Shown here: piece after piece, positions 22,715-33,993 of the stretch
Layout of the letters: every line of letters begins with the position of its first letter
How positions within the stretch are numbered: the stretch's first letter is position 1
Source of the DNA: an uncultured delta proteobacterium
GTDB taxonomy: Bacteria > Myxococcota_A > Polyangia > Polyangiales > Polyangiaceae
Length of the DNA stretch: 64,000 nucleotides
Reading direction: 5' to 3'
Assembly: GCA_963716725.1 (NCBI GenBank)
Contig: CAVQUB010000012.1
Location: 224,001 to 288,000 of the forward strand
Notes under the pieces: generated by a model
The model's input: only the letters and a program-made list of their open reading frames with translations
Database searches by the model: none
Told to the model about the DNA's origin: nothing
Program-made: the position numbers and the translations under genes

Positions 22715-25522
22715 ATGGCAGGTGCCATGGAATCACGCTCCGGTGGGCCCAACTCGCTCTCCCTCCCCTTCGTAGAAGCGCTGTATGCCTCCTACGCCGC
22801 CGACCCAAGCTCTGTAGGTGAGGACTGGCGGGCCCACTTCCGGTCGCTCGACGACCACGCCGGGCGACCGCGGCTTGGACCGAGCTTCAAAGCGCACGGT
22901 GTGTTCAACCCGGGCAACGGCGCTGGTTCGAACCTGGTGAGTCAAGGCATCTCCGACGTGCTGATCCGACAGGACCGGGTCGATCAGCTGATCCGCGCCT
23001 ATCGCGTCCGCGGCCACCTGATCGCAAAGGTCGATCCCCTGGGGCTGCCCCGCCCGTCGCAGCAGGAGCTCGATCCGGCCTTCTACGGCCTGGCTGAAGA
23101 GGACCTCGATCGCCAGTTCAGCGCTCGCACCATCGCGAGCGCGCCGGTGATCACCCTGCGCGGGATCCTCGAACTGTTGCGGAACACCTACTGCCGCTCC
23201 ATTGGCGTGCAGTTCATGCACATCGACGACCTGGAGGTGAAAGAGTGGCTTCAGACCCGGATGGAGGGGGCGCAGAACCACATTTCACTCAGTCGCGACG
23301 AGCAGTTGCGCATCCTGACCAAGCTCACCGACGCGGTGATGTTCGAGGAGTTCGTGCAGAAGAAGTACCTGGGAGCCAAGAGCTTCTCGCTCGAAGGCTC
23401 CGAGAGCTTGATCCCGCTGCTCATGTTCGCCATTGAAGGCTCCGGCGACCACGGCGTCGACGACATCGTGCTCGGCATGGCGCATCGCGGTCGGCTCAAC
23501 GTGCTCGCCAACATCATGGGCAAGAGCGCCCGCGCCATCTTCCGCGAGTTCGACGACCGCGACCCCCAGCTCTTCTTGGGCAGCGGCGACGTGAAGTACC
23601 ACATGGGTCACAGCAGCGACTGGATCACCGCCGGCGGGCGCAAGGTGCACCTTTCGCTGTGCTTCAACCCCAGCCACCTGGAGTACGTGAACGCCGTCGT
23701 CCTCGGGCGGGTGAGGGCCAAGCAAGATCGCGACGGCGACGCGGAGCGCGACCGAAAGCTGGGGATCTTGATCCATGGCGATGCGGCCTTCGCCGGTGAA
23801 GGCATGGTGCAGGAGACCTTGAACCTGAGCCAAATCGACGGCTATCGCACTGGCGGCACGATCCACGTCGTCGTCAACAACCAGATCGGGTTCACGACAC
23901 CGCCCAACCAGAGCCGCTCGACGACCTACGCCACCGACGTGGCCAAGATGCTTCAGAGTCCTATCTTCCACGTCAACGGAGAAGATCCGGAGGCCGTCGC
24001 TCAGGTCGTGCACCTGGCCCTCGACTTTCGTCGCGAGTATCAGCGCGACGTCGTGATCGACATGTACGGCTACCGGCGTCTCGGTCACAACGAGGGAGAC
24101 GAGCCCGCGTTCACTCAGCCCTTGCTCTACGCCGCCATCGCCCAGAGAAAGAGCGTGCGGGACGGCTACCTCGAACACCTTCTGGCGCTCGGCGGGGTCA
24201 CCCACGAAGAGGCCGATCGCATCGAGGTCGAGCGCCGCGAGTACCTGGAGCGCGAGCTGTCGCAAGCGCGCAAGAGCGATTTCGTGCGCACGAAAAACTG
24301 GCTCGGTGGAAACTGGCAAGGTTATTCCGGAGGGCGCGAGGACGAGGTTCGCGAGGTACAAACCAGCTTCGACCGAGAGCGGCTCTCCGAGCTGATCGTC
24401 GCCCAGACCGTCTTGCCTCCGGACTTTCATCCTCACCGAAAGATCGAGCGCCTGCTGGCCCAGCGTCGGGAGATGGCCACCGGAGAACGGAGCATCGACT
24501 GGGGTTCAGCGGAGTTGCTCGCCTTCGCCACCCTCGTGACCAGCGGCATGCGCGTGCGCATGACCGGGCAAGATGCCGAGCGGGGGACCTTCAGCCAGCG
24601 CCATTCGGTGTTGCACGATATCGAGGACGGGCACGCCTTCATGCCGCTCGCGTCGCTTTCGGAAGATCAGGCGCCCATCGAGATCGTGAACAGCGCGCTC
24701 AGCGAGGCTGGAGTGCTCGGTTTCGAGTACGGATACAGCCTCGACTGGCCCGACGGGCTGGTGCTGTGGGAGGCACAGTTCGGCGACTTTGCCAACGCCG
24801 CGCAGGTGATCATCGATCAATTCTTGGTGAGCGCGGAGGACAAGTGGAAGCGCCTGTCGGGCTTGGTCATGCTGCTGCCCCACGGCTTCGAGGGCCAAGG
24901 CCCGGAGCACTCGAGCGCCCGCCTCGAACGCTTCCTGGTGCTCGCGGCCGAGGACAACATCCAAGTCGTTCAGCCCAGCACGCCGGCGCAACACTTCCAC
25001 CTCTTGAGACGGCAGGTCCTCCGCCCCTGGCGGAAACCGCTCATCGTCTTCACGCCCAAGAGCCTGCTGCGGCACCCACGCTGCGTGAGCGCCCTCGACG
25101 ACTGCGCGGGCGGGCAGTTCTCCCGGGTGATCGGCGACGACGCGGCGGAGTCCGGAGCGGTGCGGCGTGTGCTTTTGTGCAGCGGGCGTATCTACTACGA
25201 CCTGCTGCAGCGTCGGGAAGACCTCGGTCGCCACGACATCGCCATCGTCCGCGTCGAGCAGTTCTACCCGCTGCCGGCAGGTCTGGTCCAACACGCCCTC
25301 GAGCCCTTTGGCGCCGGCGTGCCGGTGGTTTGGGTGCAAGACGAGCCCGAGAACATGGGCGCGTGGCGCCACCTCGCGGGGCGATTCGGCCCGAGCCTGT
25401 TCGACCGCCACCCATTTTCGGTAGTCTGCCGCGCCGAGTCGGCGAGCCCGGCGACGGGGTCGCCGAACGCCCACAAGCTCGAACAGGAGCAGATCCTCGA
25501 GCAGGCCTTTGCCCCGACCTGA
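22715..25522 (+). CDS. sucA: 2-oxoglutarate dehydrogenase E1
   Basis: [64 protein letters not shown]. Confidence 0.96.
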   Translation: MAGAMESRSGGPNSLSLPFVEALYASYAADPSSVGEDWRAHFRSLDDHAGRPRLGPSFKAHGVFNPGNGAGSNLVSQGISDVLIRQDRVDQLIRAYRVRGHLIAKVDPLGLPRPSQQELDPAFYGLAEEDLDRQFSARTIASAPVITLRGILELLRNTYCRSIGVQFMHIDDLEVKEWLQTRMEGAQNHISLSRDEQLRILTKLTDAVMFEEFVQKKYLGAKSFSLEGSESLIPLLMFAIEGSGDHGVDDIVLGMAHRGRLNVLANIMGKSARAIFREFDDRDPQLFLGSGDVKYHMGHSSDWITAGGRKVHLSLCFNPSHLEYVNAVVLGRVRAKQDRDGDAERDRKLGILIHGDAAFAGEGMVQETLNLSQIDGYRTGGTIHVVVNNQIGFTTPPNQSRSTTYATDVAKMLQSPIFHVNGEDPEAVAQVVHLALDFRREYQRDVVIDMYGYRRLGHNEGDEPAFTQPLLYAAIAQRKSVRDGYLEHLLALGGVTHEEADRIEVERREYLERELSQARKSDFVRTKNWLGGNWQGYSGGREDEVREVQTSFDRERLSELIVAQTVLPPDFHPHRKIERLLAQRREMATGERSIDWGSAELLAFATLVTSGMRVRMTGQDAERGTFSQRHSVLHDIEDGHAFMPLASLSEDQAPIEIVNSALSEAGVLGFEYGYSLDWPDGLVLWEAQFGDFANAAQVIIDQFLVSAEDKWKRLSGLVMLLPHGFEGQGPEHSSARLERFLVLAAEDNIQVVQPSTPAQHFHLLRRQVLRPWRKPLIVFTPKSLLRHPRCVSALDDCAGGQFSRVIGDDAAESGAVRRVLLCSGRIYYDLLQRREDLGRHDIAIVRVEQFYPLPAGLVQHALEPFGAGVPVVWVQDEPENMGAWRHLAGRFGPSLFDRHPFSVVCRAESASPATGSPNAHKLEQEQILEQAFAPT

Positions 25523-25540
25523 ACCCAAGAAAGACAGACG

Positions 25541-26815
25541 ATGCCCGTCGAATTGAAGGTGCCCAGCGTGGGCGAATCCATCACCGAAGTGGTGATCGGC
25601 GAGTGGTTGAAATCGGTCGGCGATCAAGTCCGGCGCGACGAGATCGTGGTCATGATCGAGACCGACAAGGTCACGGTCGAGCTCCCGGCGCCCATCGCCG
25701 GAGTGCTGAGCGAGATCCGCGTCCCGAACGGGCAGGCCGCTCGGGTGGGCGACGTGATTGGCGCCATCGAGGAGTCGACGATGGTGGCGGAAGCACCGCC
25801 GCAGCGGCCGCGGGAGCCCGCCGTGAAAGCGCCGGAGGCGCAGCCCGCCGGGGCGCGAGCCGAGCCTAGCGTGGCGGTCGAGGCCGCGCCGAGGAGTGTG
25901 CGCGCGGAGAGCGTGCCCGCCGAGGGCTTCGCGCGGGTCATGCCGGCGGCGCGCCGGGCGCTGGCCGAGAGCGGTGTGTCGCCGGCCGACGTGATCCCCA
26001 CCGGCCCCGGCGGACGGATGCTCAAAGAAGACGTGCTGCGGGCACCTGCGCCCGCGCCGGCACCGCCGCCCGCCGCCCGGCCCATCTCGGCGTCCGCCGC
26101 GGCGCCGAGCGACCTGCGCCAAGAAGAGGTGATCGCCATGACCCCGATGCGCAAGCGCATCGCCGAGCGGCTGGTCGAATCACTGCAAACCAGCGCCCAG
26201 CTCACGACCTTCAACGAGGTCGACATGAGCGCCGTGTTCGCCCTGCGCAAGGAGTACCAGGAGACCTTCAAGGCCAAGTACGCCATCAAGCTCGGCCTCG
26301 TGTCGTTCTTCGTTAAGGCCGCCGTCGAGGCCCTGAAGCTCGTGCCCGAGGTCAACGCAGAGATCCGCGGCACCGACGTGGTCTACAAGAACTACTTCGA
26401 CATCGGAGTCGCCGTGGGCAGCGGCAAGGGCCTGGTGGTCCCCGTCATCCGAAACGTCGAGCGCCTCTCCTTCGCCGAGATCGAGCTGGCCATCGCCGAC
26501 TACGGCCAGCGCGCGCAGGCGAACAAGCTCAAGCTCGACGAGCTACTGGGTGGGACCTTCACCATTTCGAACGGGGGCGTCTACGGCAATCTGCTCTCGA
26601 CACCGATCATCAATCCCCCACAGAGCGCCATCTTGGGCCTGCACGCCATCCAGGACCGCGCGGTGGTTCGCGAGGGCCAGATCGTGATCCGCCCCATGAT
26701 GTACGTGGCGGTGAGCTACGATCATCGCATCGTCGATGGTCGCGAAGCAGTGGGCTTCCTGAAGCGTATCAAAGAGTGCGTGGAGCAGCCCTCCCGCATC
26801 CTGCTCGAGGTGTGA
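25541..26815 (+). CDS. sucB: Dihydrolipoamide succinyltransferase E2
   Basis: Lipoyl IETDKVTVE, E3-binding GPGGRMLKEDV, catalytic SYDHRIVDGREAV. Confidence 0.96.
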   Translation: MPVELKVPSVGESITEVVIGEWLKSVGDQVRRDEIVVMIETDKVTVELPAPIAGVLSEIRVPNGQAARVGDVIGAIEESTMVAEAPPQRPREPAVKAPEAQPAGARAEPSVAVEAAPRSVRAESVPAEGFARVMPAARRALAESGVSPADVIPTGPGGRMLKEDVLRAPAPAPAPPPAARPISASAAAPSDLRQEEVIAMTPMRKRIAERLVESLQTSAQLTTFNEVDMSAVFALRKEYQETFKAKYAIKLGLVSFFVKAAVEALKLVPEVNAEIRGTDVVYKNYFDIGVAVGSGKGLVVPVIRNVERLSFAEIELAIADYGQRAQANKLKLDELLGGTFTISNGGVYGNLLSTPIINPPQSAILGLHAIQDRAVVREGQIVIRPMMYVAVSYDHRIVDGREAVGFLKRIKECVEQPSRILLEV

Positions 26816-28209
26816 GCGTGGCGGAACGAAGACACGACCTGATCGTGATCGGCGCGGGTCCGGGCGGCTACGTCGCCGCCATCCGCGCGGCTCAGCTTGG
26901 TCTCGACGTGGCATGCATCGAGAGAGAGTCGGCGCTCGGCGGGACCTGTCTGCGCATCGGCTGCATCCCCAGCAAGGCCCTGCTCGAGGCGAGCGAGCGT
27001 TTCGCCGAGGCCAAACACGGGCTCGATGCCTTTGGGATTCGGCTCTCGGGAGTCGAACTCGACCTCGCGCGCATGCTGAAACGCAAGGACGACACCGTGC
27101 GCTCGCTCACCGCGGGCATCGCGGGGCTGTTCAAGAAGAACCGGATCACGCGCTACGCCGGCAGCGGGTCCTTGCTTGCGCGGGGCAGCGTGCGCGTCGA
27201 GGCGGTGGACGGCGTCACGGAGCTCAGCGCCGAGCACGTGCTGATCGCGACCGGGAGCAAGGTCGCGCCGCTCGCCGGCGTGGAGCTCGACGGTGATCGC
27301 ATCGGGACCAGCACTGAGGCTTTGTCCTTCCCCGAAGTGCCCCGTCACCTGGTGGTGATCGGCGCCGGCTTCATTGGACTCGAGCTGGGCTCGGTCTGGC
27401 AGCGCCTGGGAGCCAAGGTCACTGTCCTCGAGTACCTGCCCCGCATCTTGCCGGGCATCGACTCCGAGATCGCGTCGGAGGCCCAACGCATCCTCTCGCG
27501 TCAAGGCCTGGATATCCGCCCGGGCTCCCGCGTCGTCTCCGCGCGCCGTGATGGCGACGGCGTCGTCGTGAGCGTCGAGGGCGCGGAGCCCATCGCATGC
27601 GATCGCGTGCTGCTCGCGGTCGGACGCCTCCCAAACACCGACGGACTGGCGCTGGAGAAGGTCGGCATCACGCTGGACGAACGCGGCCGGATCCCTGTCG
27701 ATGCCAGCTGGGAGACGCGCGTGCCGGGCATCTACGCTGTCGGCGACGTGATCGCGGGCCCAATGCTGGCCCACAAGGCCAGCGACGAAGGCGTCGCCTG
27801 CGTCGAACGCATCGTGAAGGGCTACGGGCACGTGAACTACGGCACCATTCCGGGCGTCTGTTACACCCACCCCGAGATCGCGTGCGTCGGGAAGACCGAA
27901 GACGAGCTGATCGAAGCCAGAGTGCTGTACAAGAAGGGCAGCTTCCCCTTCATGGCCAACGGTCGGGCCAAGGCCCTGGGCAGCATCGACGGTCGCGTGA
28001 AGATCCTCGCACACGCGGAGACGGACCGCGTGCTGGGTGTGCATATCGTTGGGCCACGCGCTGGGGAGTTGATCGCCGAGGCCGCGGCGGCCATGGAGTT
28101 CGGCGCCAGCGCGGAAGATCTCGCGCGCACCTGCCACGCCCACCCCACCCTGGCGGAGGCCGTGAAAGAGGCCGCGCTGGCCGTGGACGGACGAGCCCTG
28201 CACATCTAA
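26812..28209 (+). CDS. lpdA: Dihydrolipoyl dehydrogenase E3
   Basis: GAGPGGYVAAIRAAQLG, GGTCLRIGCIPSK, HAHPTLAE; GTGA overlap with sucB (alternative start 26818). Confidence 0.96.
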   Translation: MSVAERRHDLIVIGAGPGGYVAAIRAAQLGLDVACIERESALGGTCLRIGCIPSKALLEASERFAEAKHGLDAFGIRLSGVELDLARMLKRKDDTVRSLTAGIAGLFKKNRITRYAGSGSLLARGSVRVEAVDGVTELSAEHVLIATGSKVAPLAGVELDGDRIGTSTEALSFPEVPRHLVVIGAGFIGLELGSVWQRLGAKVTVLEYLPRILPGIDSEIASEAQRILSRQGLDIRPGSRVVSARRDGDGVVVSVEGAEPIACDRVLLAVGRLPNTDGLALEKVGITLDERGRIPVDASWETRVPGIYAVGDVIAGPMLAHKASDEGVACVERIVKGYGHVNYGTIPGVCYTHPEIACVGKTEDELIEARVLYKKGSFPFMANGRAKALGSIDGRVKILAHAETDRVLGVHIVGPRAGELIAEAAAAMEFGASAEDLARTCHAHPTLAEAVKEAALAVDGRALHI

Positions 28210-28265
28210 CGCGCGGCGCCGGCGCCCCTGGTGCGAGCCGCCGGGGTCGGCTACGCTTCGGTCCA

Positions 28266-28754
28266 ATGCATCGCCGTGGTTTCTTGATCGGGGGCGTTTC
28301 GGTGCTCGTGCTGCCGGGCTGCGTGTCCAAGCCAAACATGCAACTGCACCACGCGGAGGTTCAGAATGCCGGGCCCATGGGCATCGGCATGAACGTGGTC
28401 TTGCGCGTGAACAACGAGAACAGCTTCGACGTTCAGGTGCGCAACGTGCGCGTCCAGACCACGCTCCAAGGTCGTTGGACGTTGCCGGGCGTGGTTTACA
28501 GCCCGAACCAATGGCTACCGGCGGATGGCACCACGCTCGTGTCGGCGCCGGTCTTGATCCCGTGGACCATGGTCGGCCCGCTCCTGGCAGAGACCGCGAT
28601 GAACTCCACGATCGAGTACCGAGTCCGGGGCGAGGCCGATGTGACGGCCATTCGCTCCGTCGGCATCCGCAGCGACAACTATCCCGTCGACGAGACCGGC
28701 ACGATCCCCCGCGTGGCCGTGTTGCAAGCTGCGCGCACGACGATGCCCTTCTAA
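28266..28754 (+). CDS. LEA type 2 / WHy-domain lipoprotein
   Basis: RRGFL leader with lipobox LPGC; VLRVNNENSFDVQV, IEYRVRGEA. Confidence 0.75.
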   Translation: MHRRGFLIGGVSVLVLPGCVSKPNMQLHHAEVQNAGPMGIGMNVVLRVNNENSFDVQVRNVRVQTTLQGRWTLPGVVYSPNQWLPADGTTLVSAPVLIPWTMVGPLLAETAMNSTIEYRVRGEADVTAIRSVGIRSDNYPVDETGTIPRVAVLQAARTTMPF

Positions 28755-29060
28755 GCCCGCACGCTTTGCGCGCGATGCGACGGTTGGTGTCGCGTAGCGC
28801 ATCATGATCGCGATTTGCAGTGCTGGCGGTAGTGGGCTTGTCTCCCACTTATTTGAAGCGCGTGGGTTGACGCGAGCATGTGACGCAGCGATGCTGGGCT
28901 CCGAGTCGGCGTGTGAACTGCGCTGACGGGAGGGTGCAAGCATGGGGCTGGGGGGCCAGGTATTCGCGGGTCGCGGATCTGGGAATCAGTTGGGAATGAA
29001 CGAGCGTCTCCGTCGTTTCATCCAAAACGACGGACCGCGCCGAACAAGGAGGGCGTGACG

Positions 29061-29561
29061 ATGGACCAAAACGATCAACGAACGGCGATAGTCGTCATGG
29101 AAGCAGGCGCGCGCTGGCCCTCGTACTCCCGGGAGCTCGCCGGCCGAGCCTCGAGTGCGGTGGTGGAGTCGCAGCCGGCCATCGAGAGCCTGGACGAGTT
29201 CGCCATTCGGGTGACCGGGAGGGTGGCGCGGCTGGTGGAGCGCTCCGTGACCATCCCCGTGGCAATTCTGGCCACCAGTCAGCGCATCGATCCCCAGGCC
29301 CGGAAGGCCCGCTACCAAATGGCTCGCGCCATGGTGTCAGCGATGGCCGCCAACGAGGGCGGGGGCGAGCTCTTGATCATGGGGGACGAGCACTTCGCCG
29401 ACGAAGTTCGCCACGAGTTCGTCGCGTTTGCAGGCGCGCTCTGCGACGGACTCGCGGGCAGTGCGGTCTCCGTGCGCGTTCGATTCGGCAATGGCCAGAG
29501 CGGCACGCGTGCGCTCGGCATTCCTCCTTCCACCCGGCCCGCGGCGGAGACCGGAAGCTGA
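29061..29561 (+). CDS. Hypothetical protein
   Basis: AAGGAGG RBS before GTG 29055 / ATG 29061; normal codon usage; no recognised family. Confidence 0.7.
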   Translation: MDQNDQRTAIVVMEAGARWPSYSRELAGRASSAVVESQPAIESLDEFAIRVTGRVARLVERSVTIPVAILATSQRIDPQARKARYQMARAMVSAMAANEGGGELLIMGDEHFADEVRHEFVAFAGALCDGLAGSAVSVRVRFGNGQSGTRALGIPPSTRPAAETGS

Positions 29562-29580
29562 GGCGACGGCCCTCGGCGCC

Positions 29581-29609
29581 TTGACACGTCGCGTCATGGT
29601 GCGTATGGA
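29581..29609 (+). promoter_or_regulatory. Putative sigma70 promoter for fadI-fadJ
   Basis: TTGACA-N17-TATGGA, followed by AGGAGG RBS. Confidence 0.55.
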
Positions 29610-29639
29610 CCCCTGGTTCAGTCAGGAGGTCCGAGAGCC

Positions 29640-30935
29640 ATGGGCAAGAAGAGTGGCGCGCGGCGCGTCGCCGTTGTGAGCGGTCTGCGCACTCCGTTCG
29701 TGAAGTCGGGGTCGGCATTCAAAGATCTGAGTGCGCTCGATCTCGGCAAGCTCGTGGTGGCCGAGCTGCTGCAGCGGGCGGAGCTCGATCCCAAGCGAGT
29801 CCAACAGGTCGTCTACGGGCAGGTGGTTCCGTCGCTCGTGGCACCGAACATCGCGCGCGAGATCGTGCTGGGCACCGGCATGCCTCGGGAGATCGAGGCG
29901 TACAGCGTGTCGCGGGCCTGCGCGACGAGCTACCAGTCCACGGTCAACGTGGCTGAAGCCATCATGGCCGGCATCATCGACTGCGGCGTTGCCGGGGGCG
30001 CCGACAGCGCCAGTGACGTGCCCATCGCCGTCAGCAAGAAGCTCGCTGAAGCGCTGATCGCCGCCAGCCGGGCGCGCAGCTTGGGAGAGCGCATCAAGGC
30101 CTTTGCTGGGCTCTCGGCCAAGGATCTGGTGCCCGTCCCGCCTTCGCTCAAGGAATTCTCGACCGGGCTCACCATGGGCGAGAGCGCCGAGAAGATGGCG
30201 AAGGAGAACCGCATCGGCCGTCGCGCGCAGGACGAGTTTGCGCACCGGAGTCATAGCCTCGCGGCCGCGGCTTGGGTCGATGGCCGGTTCGAGAAAGAGG
30301 TCATGCACGTCTACGTGCCGCCGAAGTTCGAGGCGACGACGGAGGACAACCTGGTCCGTAAGGATTCGAGCCTCGAGTCTTACGAGAAGCTCAGGCCCGC
30401 CTTTGACCGGAAGCTCGGCACCATCACCGCGGGCAACAGCTCTCCGCTCACCGATGGAGCCAGCGCCGTGCTGCTGATGAGCGAGGAGATGGCCAAGGCG
30501 GAGGGCTTCGACGTGCTCGGTTTCATTCGGAGCTATGCCTTCGCGGCGGTCGACCCCTCGGGGCAGATGCTGATGGGCCCGGCCCATGCTTCGCCGCTGG
30601 CGCTCGATCGCGCCGGGATCAAGCTCAAGGACCTCGACCTCTTGGACATGCACGAGGCCTTTGCCGCTCAGGTGTTGAGCAACACGCAGGCCTTCGAGAG
30701 CGAAGCGTTCGCTCGAGAAAAGCTCCGGCGGAGCAAGAAGCTGGGCGAGATCGACTGGGACAAGTTCAACGTCTGCGGCGGATCGATCAGCATCGGTCAC
30801 CCCTTCGCCGCCACGGGCGCGCGACAAATCACTCAGACGCTGAACGAACTCAAACGTCGCAGTGGAAGCCTGGCGCTGTGCACGGCCTGCGCGGCCGGCG
30901 GGCTCGGCGCGGCGATGGTACTGGAGGCGGAGTGA
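29640..30935 (+). CDS. fadI: Acetyl-CoA C-acyltransferase (thiolase) FadI
   Basis: [48 protein letters not shown]. Confidence 0.93.
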   Translation: MGKKSGARRVAVVSGLRTPFVKSGSAFKDLSALDLGKLVVAELLQRAELDPKRVQQVVYGQVVPSLVAPNIAREIVLGTGMPREIEAYSVSRACATSYQSTVNVAEAIMAGIIDCGVAGGADSASDVPIAVSKKLAEALIAASRARSLGERIKAFAGLSAKDLVPVPPSLKEFSTGLTMGESAEKMAKENRIGRRAQDEFAHRSHSLAAAAWVDGRFEKEVMHVYVPPKFEATTEDNLVRKDSSLESYEKLRPAFDRKLGTITAGNSSPLTDGASAVLLMSEEMAKAEGFDVLGFIRSYAFAAVDPSGQMLMGPAHASPLALDRAGIKLKDLDLLDMHEAFAAQVLSNTQAFESEAFAREKLRRSKKLGEIDWDKFNVCGGSISIGHPFAATGARQITQTLNELKRRSGSLALCTACAAGGLGAAMVLEAE

Positions 30936-33202
30936 TGGCAACAGGAGAGAACGGCAACGGGAGCGGAGGCAGGCGCGTGCTCAGCATCGAGCAGCGCCCG
31001 GATGGCGTCGCCATCGTGCGCATGGACGTGCCCGGCGAGACGATGAACACGTTGCAGGCGAACTTCGCGGAAGAGTTTGTGCAGGTCTTCGACGATCTGG
31101 ACAAGACGAGCGAAGTGCGAGCGGTGGTCTTCACCAGCGGCAAACCCGACAGCTTCATCGCTGGCGCGGACGTGCGCATGATCAAGGCGGTGAAGACCGC
31201 GGCTGAAGCGGCTGAGCTCTCGCGCACGGGTCAGCGGGCCATGGCTCGGGTGGAGGCCTTTCGAGCGCCGGTCGTGGCGGCCATTCACGGCGCCTGCCTC
31301 GGAGGTGGGCTCGAGACGGCCCTCGCTTGCCATGCGCGCATCGCCAGTGACGACAAGAAGACCAAGCTGGGCTTGCCCGAAGTTCAGCTCGGACTCTTGC
31401 CAGCCGCAGCCGGCACCCAACGACTGCCGCGCCTGGTCGGTGTGCAGGCGGCCCTCGACCTGATGCTGACGGGCAAGCAGCTCGACGGTCGCCGCGCCAG
31501 GCGGATGGGCCTCGTCGACGATGTCGTGCCTGCCGCGGTGCTGGTCGACGTCGCGTGTCGGCACGCGCTCGCGCTGGCCGAGCGCGGTGCGTCGCAGCCG
31601 ACCGGCTTCGCGAAGCTGAAGTCCTTTTTCAGCAAAGAGGAGCTGACCGAGCTGGCGCTGGCCGAAAACCCTCTCGGTCGCAAGCTGCTCTTCGACCAAG
31701 CCAAGAAGCAGCTCTTGGCCAAGACTCGTGGCAACTATCCCGCTGCCGAGCGCATCCTCGAGGTGGTGAAGGCCGGGCTCGAAGGCGGCTTCGAGCACGG
31801 GCTAGAAGCGGAAGCGCAGGCCTTCGGTGAGCTCGCGGTGAGCCCGGAAGCCGCCATGCTCATGAGCATTTTCACAGCCACGGTCGAGCTGAAAAAGGAC
31901 CGGGGCGTGGACGATCCGAACGTCGAGGCCAAGCCGGTGCACAAGCTCGGCGTGCTGGGTGCGGGGTTGATGGGCGCCGGCATCGCCTACGTCACGACCC
32001 ACCTGGCCAAGATCCCCGTGCGACTGAAGGACCGCGATGATGACGGCCTCGCCGCCGGCATGAAATACGTCGCAGGGATCCTCGACACAAGCGTCGAGCG
32101 CAAGCGGATGACCCGTCTCGAGCGTGATCTGCGGTTGGCCCAGATCACGCCGACCGTCGACTACTCCGGGTTCCACCAGGCCCAGGTGGTGATCGAAGCG
32201 GTCTTCGAAGACCTCGCGCTCAAGCACCAAATGGTGAGGGACATCGAGGCGCACGGACACGCCAAGGCGATCTTCGCCTCGAACACCTCTTCGTTGCCCA
32301 TCACGCAGATCGCCGCCGGGGCCAAACACCCCGAGCGGGTGATCGGCATGCACTACTTCTCTCCGGTGCACAAAATGCCACTGCTGGAGATCATCGTGAC
32401 GCCGAAGACGGCGTCTTGGGTCACGGCGACCTGCGTCGAGCTCGGCAAGAAGCAGGGCAAGACGGTGATCGTGGTGAACGACGGCGTCGGCTTCTACACC
32501 TCGCGCATCTTGGCGCCTTATATGAACGAGGCCGCGTGGCTGCTCTCCGAGGGTGTCCCCGTCGAAGAGCTCGATGGCGCGCTCATGGACTGGGGTTACC
32601 CCGTTGGGCCCGTGACGCTGCTCGACGAAGTCGGCATCGACGTCGGCGAGAAGGTCGGCAAGATCATGCTCGCGGCCTTCGGCGATCGCATGGTCCCGCC
32701 GCCCGGCATGGACAAGCTCGTGGCCGATCAGCGCTTCGGTCGCAAGAACGGCCGGGGCTTCTACCTGTATGGCGACAAGAAGCAGACCAAGAAGAAGCTG
32801 GTCGACGAGAGCGTATACGCAGTGCTGGGGGTCACGCCCGAAGCTGGGGCGACGCCGAAGCACGAGATCGCGGAGCGCCTAGCGCTCGCCATGGTGAATG
32901 AAGCGGCCCTCTGTTTCGGGGAAGGCGTCTTGCGTTCGGCCCGCGACGGGGACGTCGGCGCCATCTTCGGCCTCGGCTTTCCGCCCTTCCGCGGCGGGCC
33001 CTTCCGCTACGTGGACGCCGTCGGTGCCCTCGAGGTCGTGCGTCGGCTCGAGCGCCACGAGAAGCAGCACGGCGCGCGCTTCACGCCGGCTCCGGTCCTG
33101 GTCGAGATGGCGCAGGGCGGAGGCTCGTTCCACGGCGAGCGCGCGATCCGACCCGGAACTACCGCAACCGTGCGGGAGGCGGAGCGGGTTCGCGTGCTCT
33201 GA
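30935..33202 (+). CDS. fadJ: Fatty acid oxidation complex alpha subunit FadJ
   Basis: FIAGAD, CLGGGLE, LGLPEVQLG, GAGLMGAGIA, ASNTSSLP, GMHYFSPV, FGLGFPPFRGGP; TGATG coupling with fadI. Confidence 0.93.
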   Translation: MATGENGNGSGGRRVLSIEQRPDGVAIVRMDVPGETMNTLQANFAEEFVQVFDDLDKTSEVRAVVFTSGKPDSFIAGADVRMIKAVKTAAEAAELSRTGQRAMARVEAFRAPVVAAIHGACLGGGLETALACHARIASDDKKTKLGLPEVQLGLLPAAAGTQRLPRLVGVQAALDLMLTGKQLDGRRARRMGLVDDVVPAAVLVDVACRHALALAERGASQPTGFAKLKSFFSKEELTELALAENPLGRKLLFDQAKKQLLAKTRGNYPAAERILEVVKAGLEGGFEHGLEAEAQAFGELAVSPEAAMLMSIFTATVELKKDRGVDDPNVEAKPVHKLGVLGAGLMGAGIAYVTTHLAKIPVRLKDRDDDGLAAGMKYVAGILDTSVERKRMTRLERDLRLAQITPTVDYSGFHQAQVVIEAVFEDLALKHQMVRDIEAHGHAKAIFASNTSSLPITQIAAGAKHPERVIGMHYFSPVHKMPLLEIIVTPKTASWVTATCVELGKKQGKTVIVVNDGVGFYTSRILAPYMNEAAWLLSEGVPVEELDGALMDWGYPVGPVTLLDEVGIDVGEKVGKIMLAAFGDRMVPPPGMDKLVADQRFGRKNGRGFYLYGDKKQTKKKLVDESVYAVLGVTPEAGATPKHEIAERLALAMVNEAALCFGEGVLRSARDGDVGAIFGLGFPPFRGGPFRYVDAVGALEVVRRLERHEKQHGARFTPAPVLVEMAQGGGSFHGERAIRPGTTATVREAERVRVL

Positions 33203-33205
33203 GCC

Positions 33206-33925
33206 TCAGGGAGTCGGTCTCCCTCTTTGCATCTCGCTCTTCGCGCCGGACGCTCCCCAGGTCAGAAGCTCGGTCTTGCCGGGCTTGCCGACCTCTTCCG
33301 ATTTCACGACCCCGCTGATGGGGACAGCGGGGTGCAGCCAGACCACTTGATCGGGCGATCCCTCCGCCACGTCCGTCTTCTGCTGCCGCTTGTAGGCGCC
33401 CCGGAAGGTCGCCGCCGGCACGGTGACGTCTTCTTGCGGCGAGCCCGTGAGGCTGGGCACGAAGACGTCGGCCAGCGCCTTCTTGTAGCCGTCGGCGGTG
33501 GGCCCCAGCTTGTCCTCGCCGAGCTCGCGCATCTCGCTGTTGGGCATGCGGATGCGGGCCGCCTTGATCTCGATTCCGTTCGGATCACTCCGGCTCGTGA
33601 GTTTGACCAATAGCTGCATCACGGTGCCCGCTTCGGCCGCGCCGCGCACGATCTCGATCCAGTGCGCGCCCCGCTCTTCGCCCACGATCTTGTAGGTGAT
33701 CTCCGCAGTTGTGCCGTCGTCCATCGTGGTCCGGTACTTCGACCACTGCCCCACCGCGAAGGGCGCGAGCTCCGTCGAGGTCGGTCGGGCGACTTCTCCG
33801 CCCGGCGCCGGCGGCTCCGCGACGGTCGTGCCGGCGCCCGTGCCCGAGTTGGGGCTCTCCCCGCTGGGCTTGCTGCAACTCGCAGCCACCAGCAAAAGCC
33901 CCAGTGCCGTCCAGGAGCGACTCAT
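33206..33925 (-). CDS. Hypothetical lipoprotein
   Basis: Lipobox AASC; VGQWSKY and EDVTVPAATF motifs seen in beta-rich exported proteins. Confidence 0.7.
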   Translation of the reverse strand: MSRSWTALGLLLVAASCSKPSGESPNSGTGAGTTVAEPPAPGGEVARPTSTELAPFAVGQWSKYRTTMDDGTTAEITYKIVGEERGAHWIEIVRGAAEAGTVMQLLVKLTSRSDPNGIEIKAARIRMPNSEMRELGEDKLGPTADGYKKALADVFVPSLTGSPQEDVTVPAATFRGAYKRQQKTDVAEGSPDQVVWLHPAVPISGVVKSEEVGKPGKTELLTWGASGAKSEMQRGRPTP

Positions 33926-33993
33926 GGCCGCGTTCTAGGGCATGATGCCTCGTCGCGCCACCCTTCGAGCGCGACTCGCGTGAAAGGAGCCTC

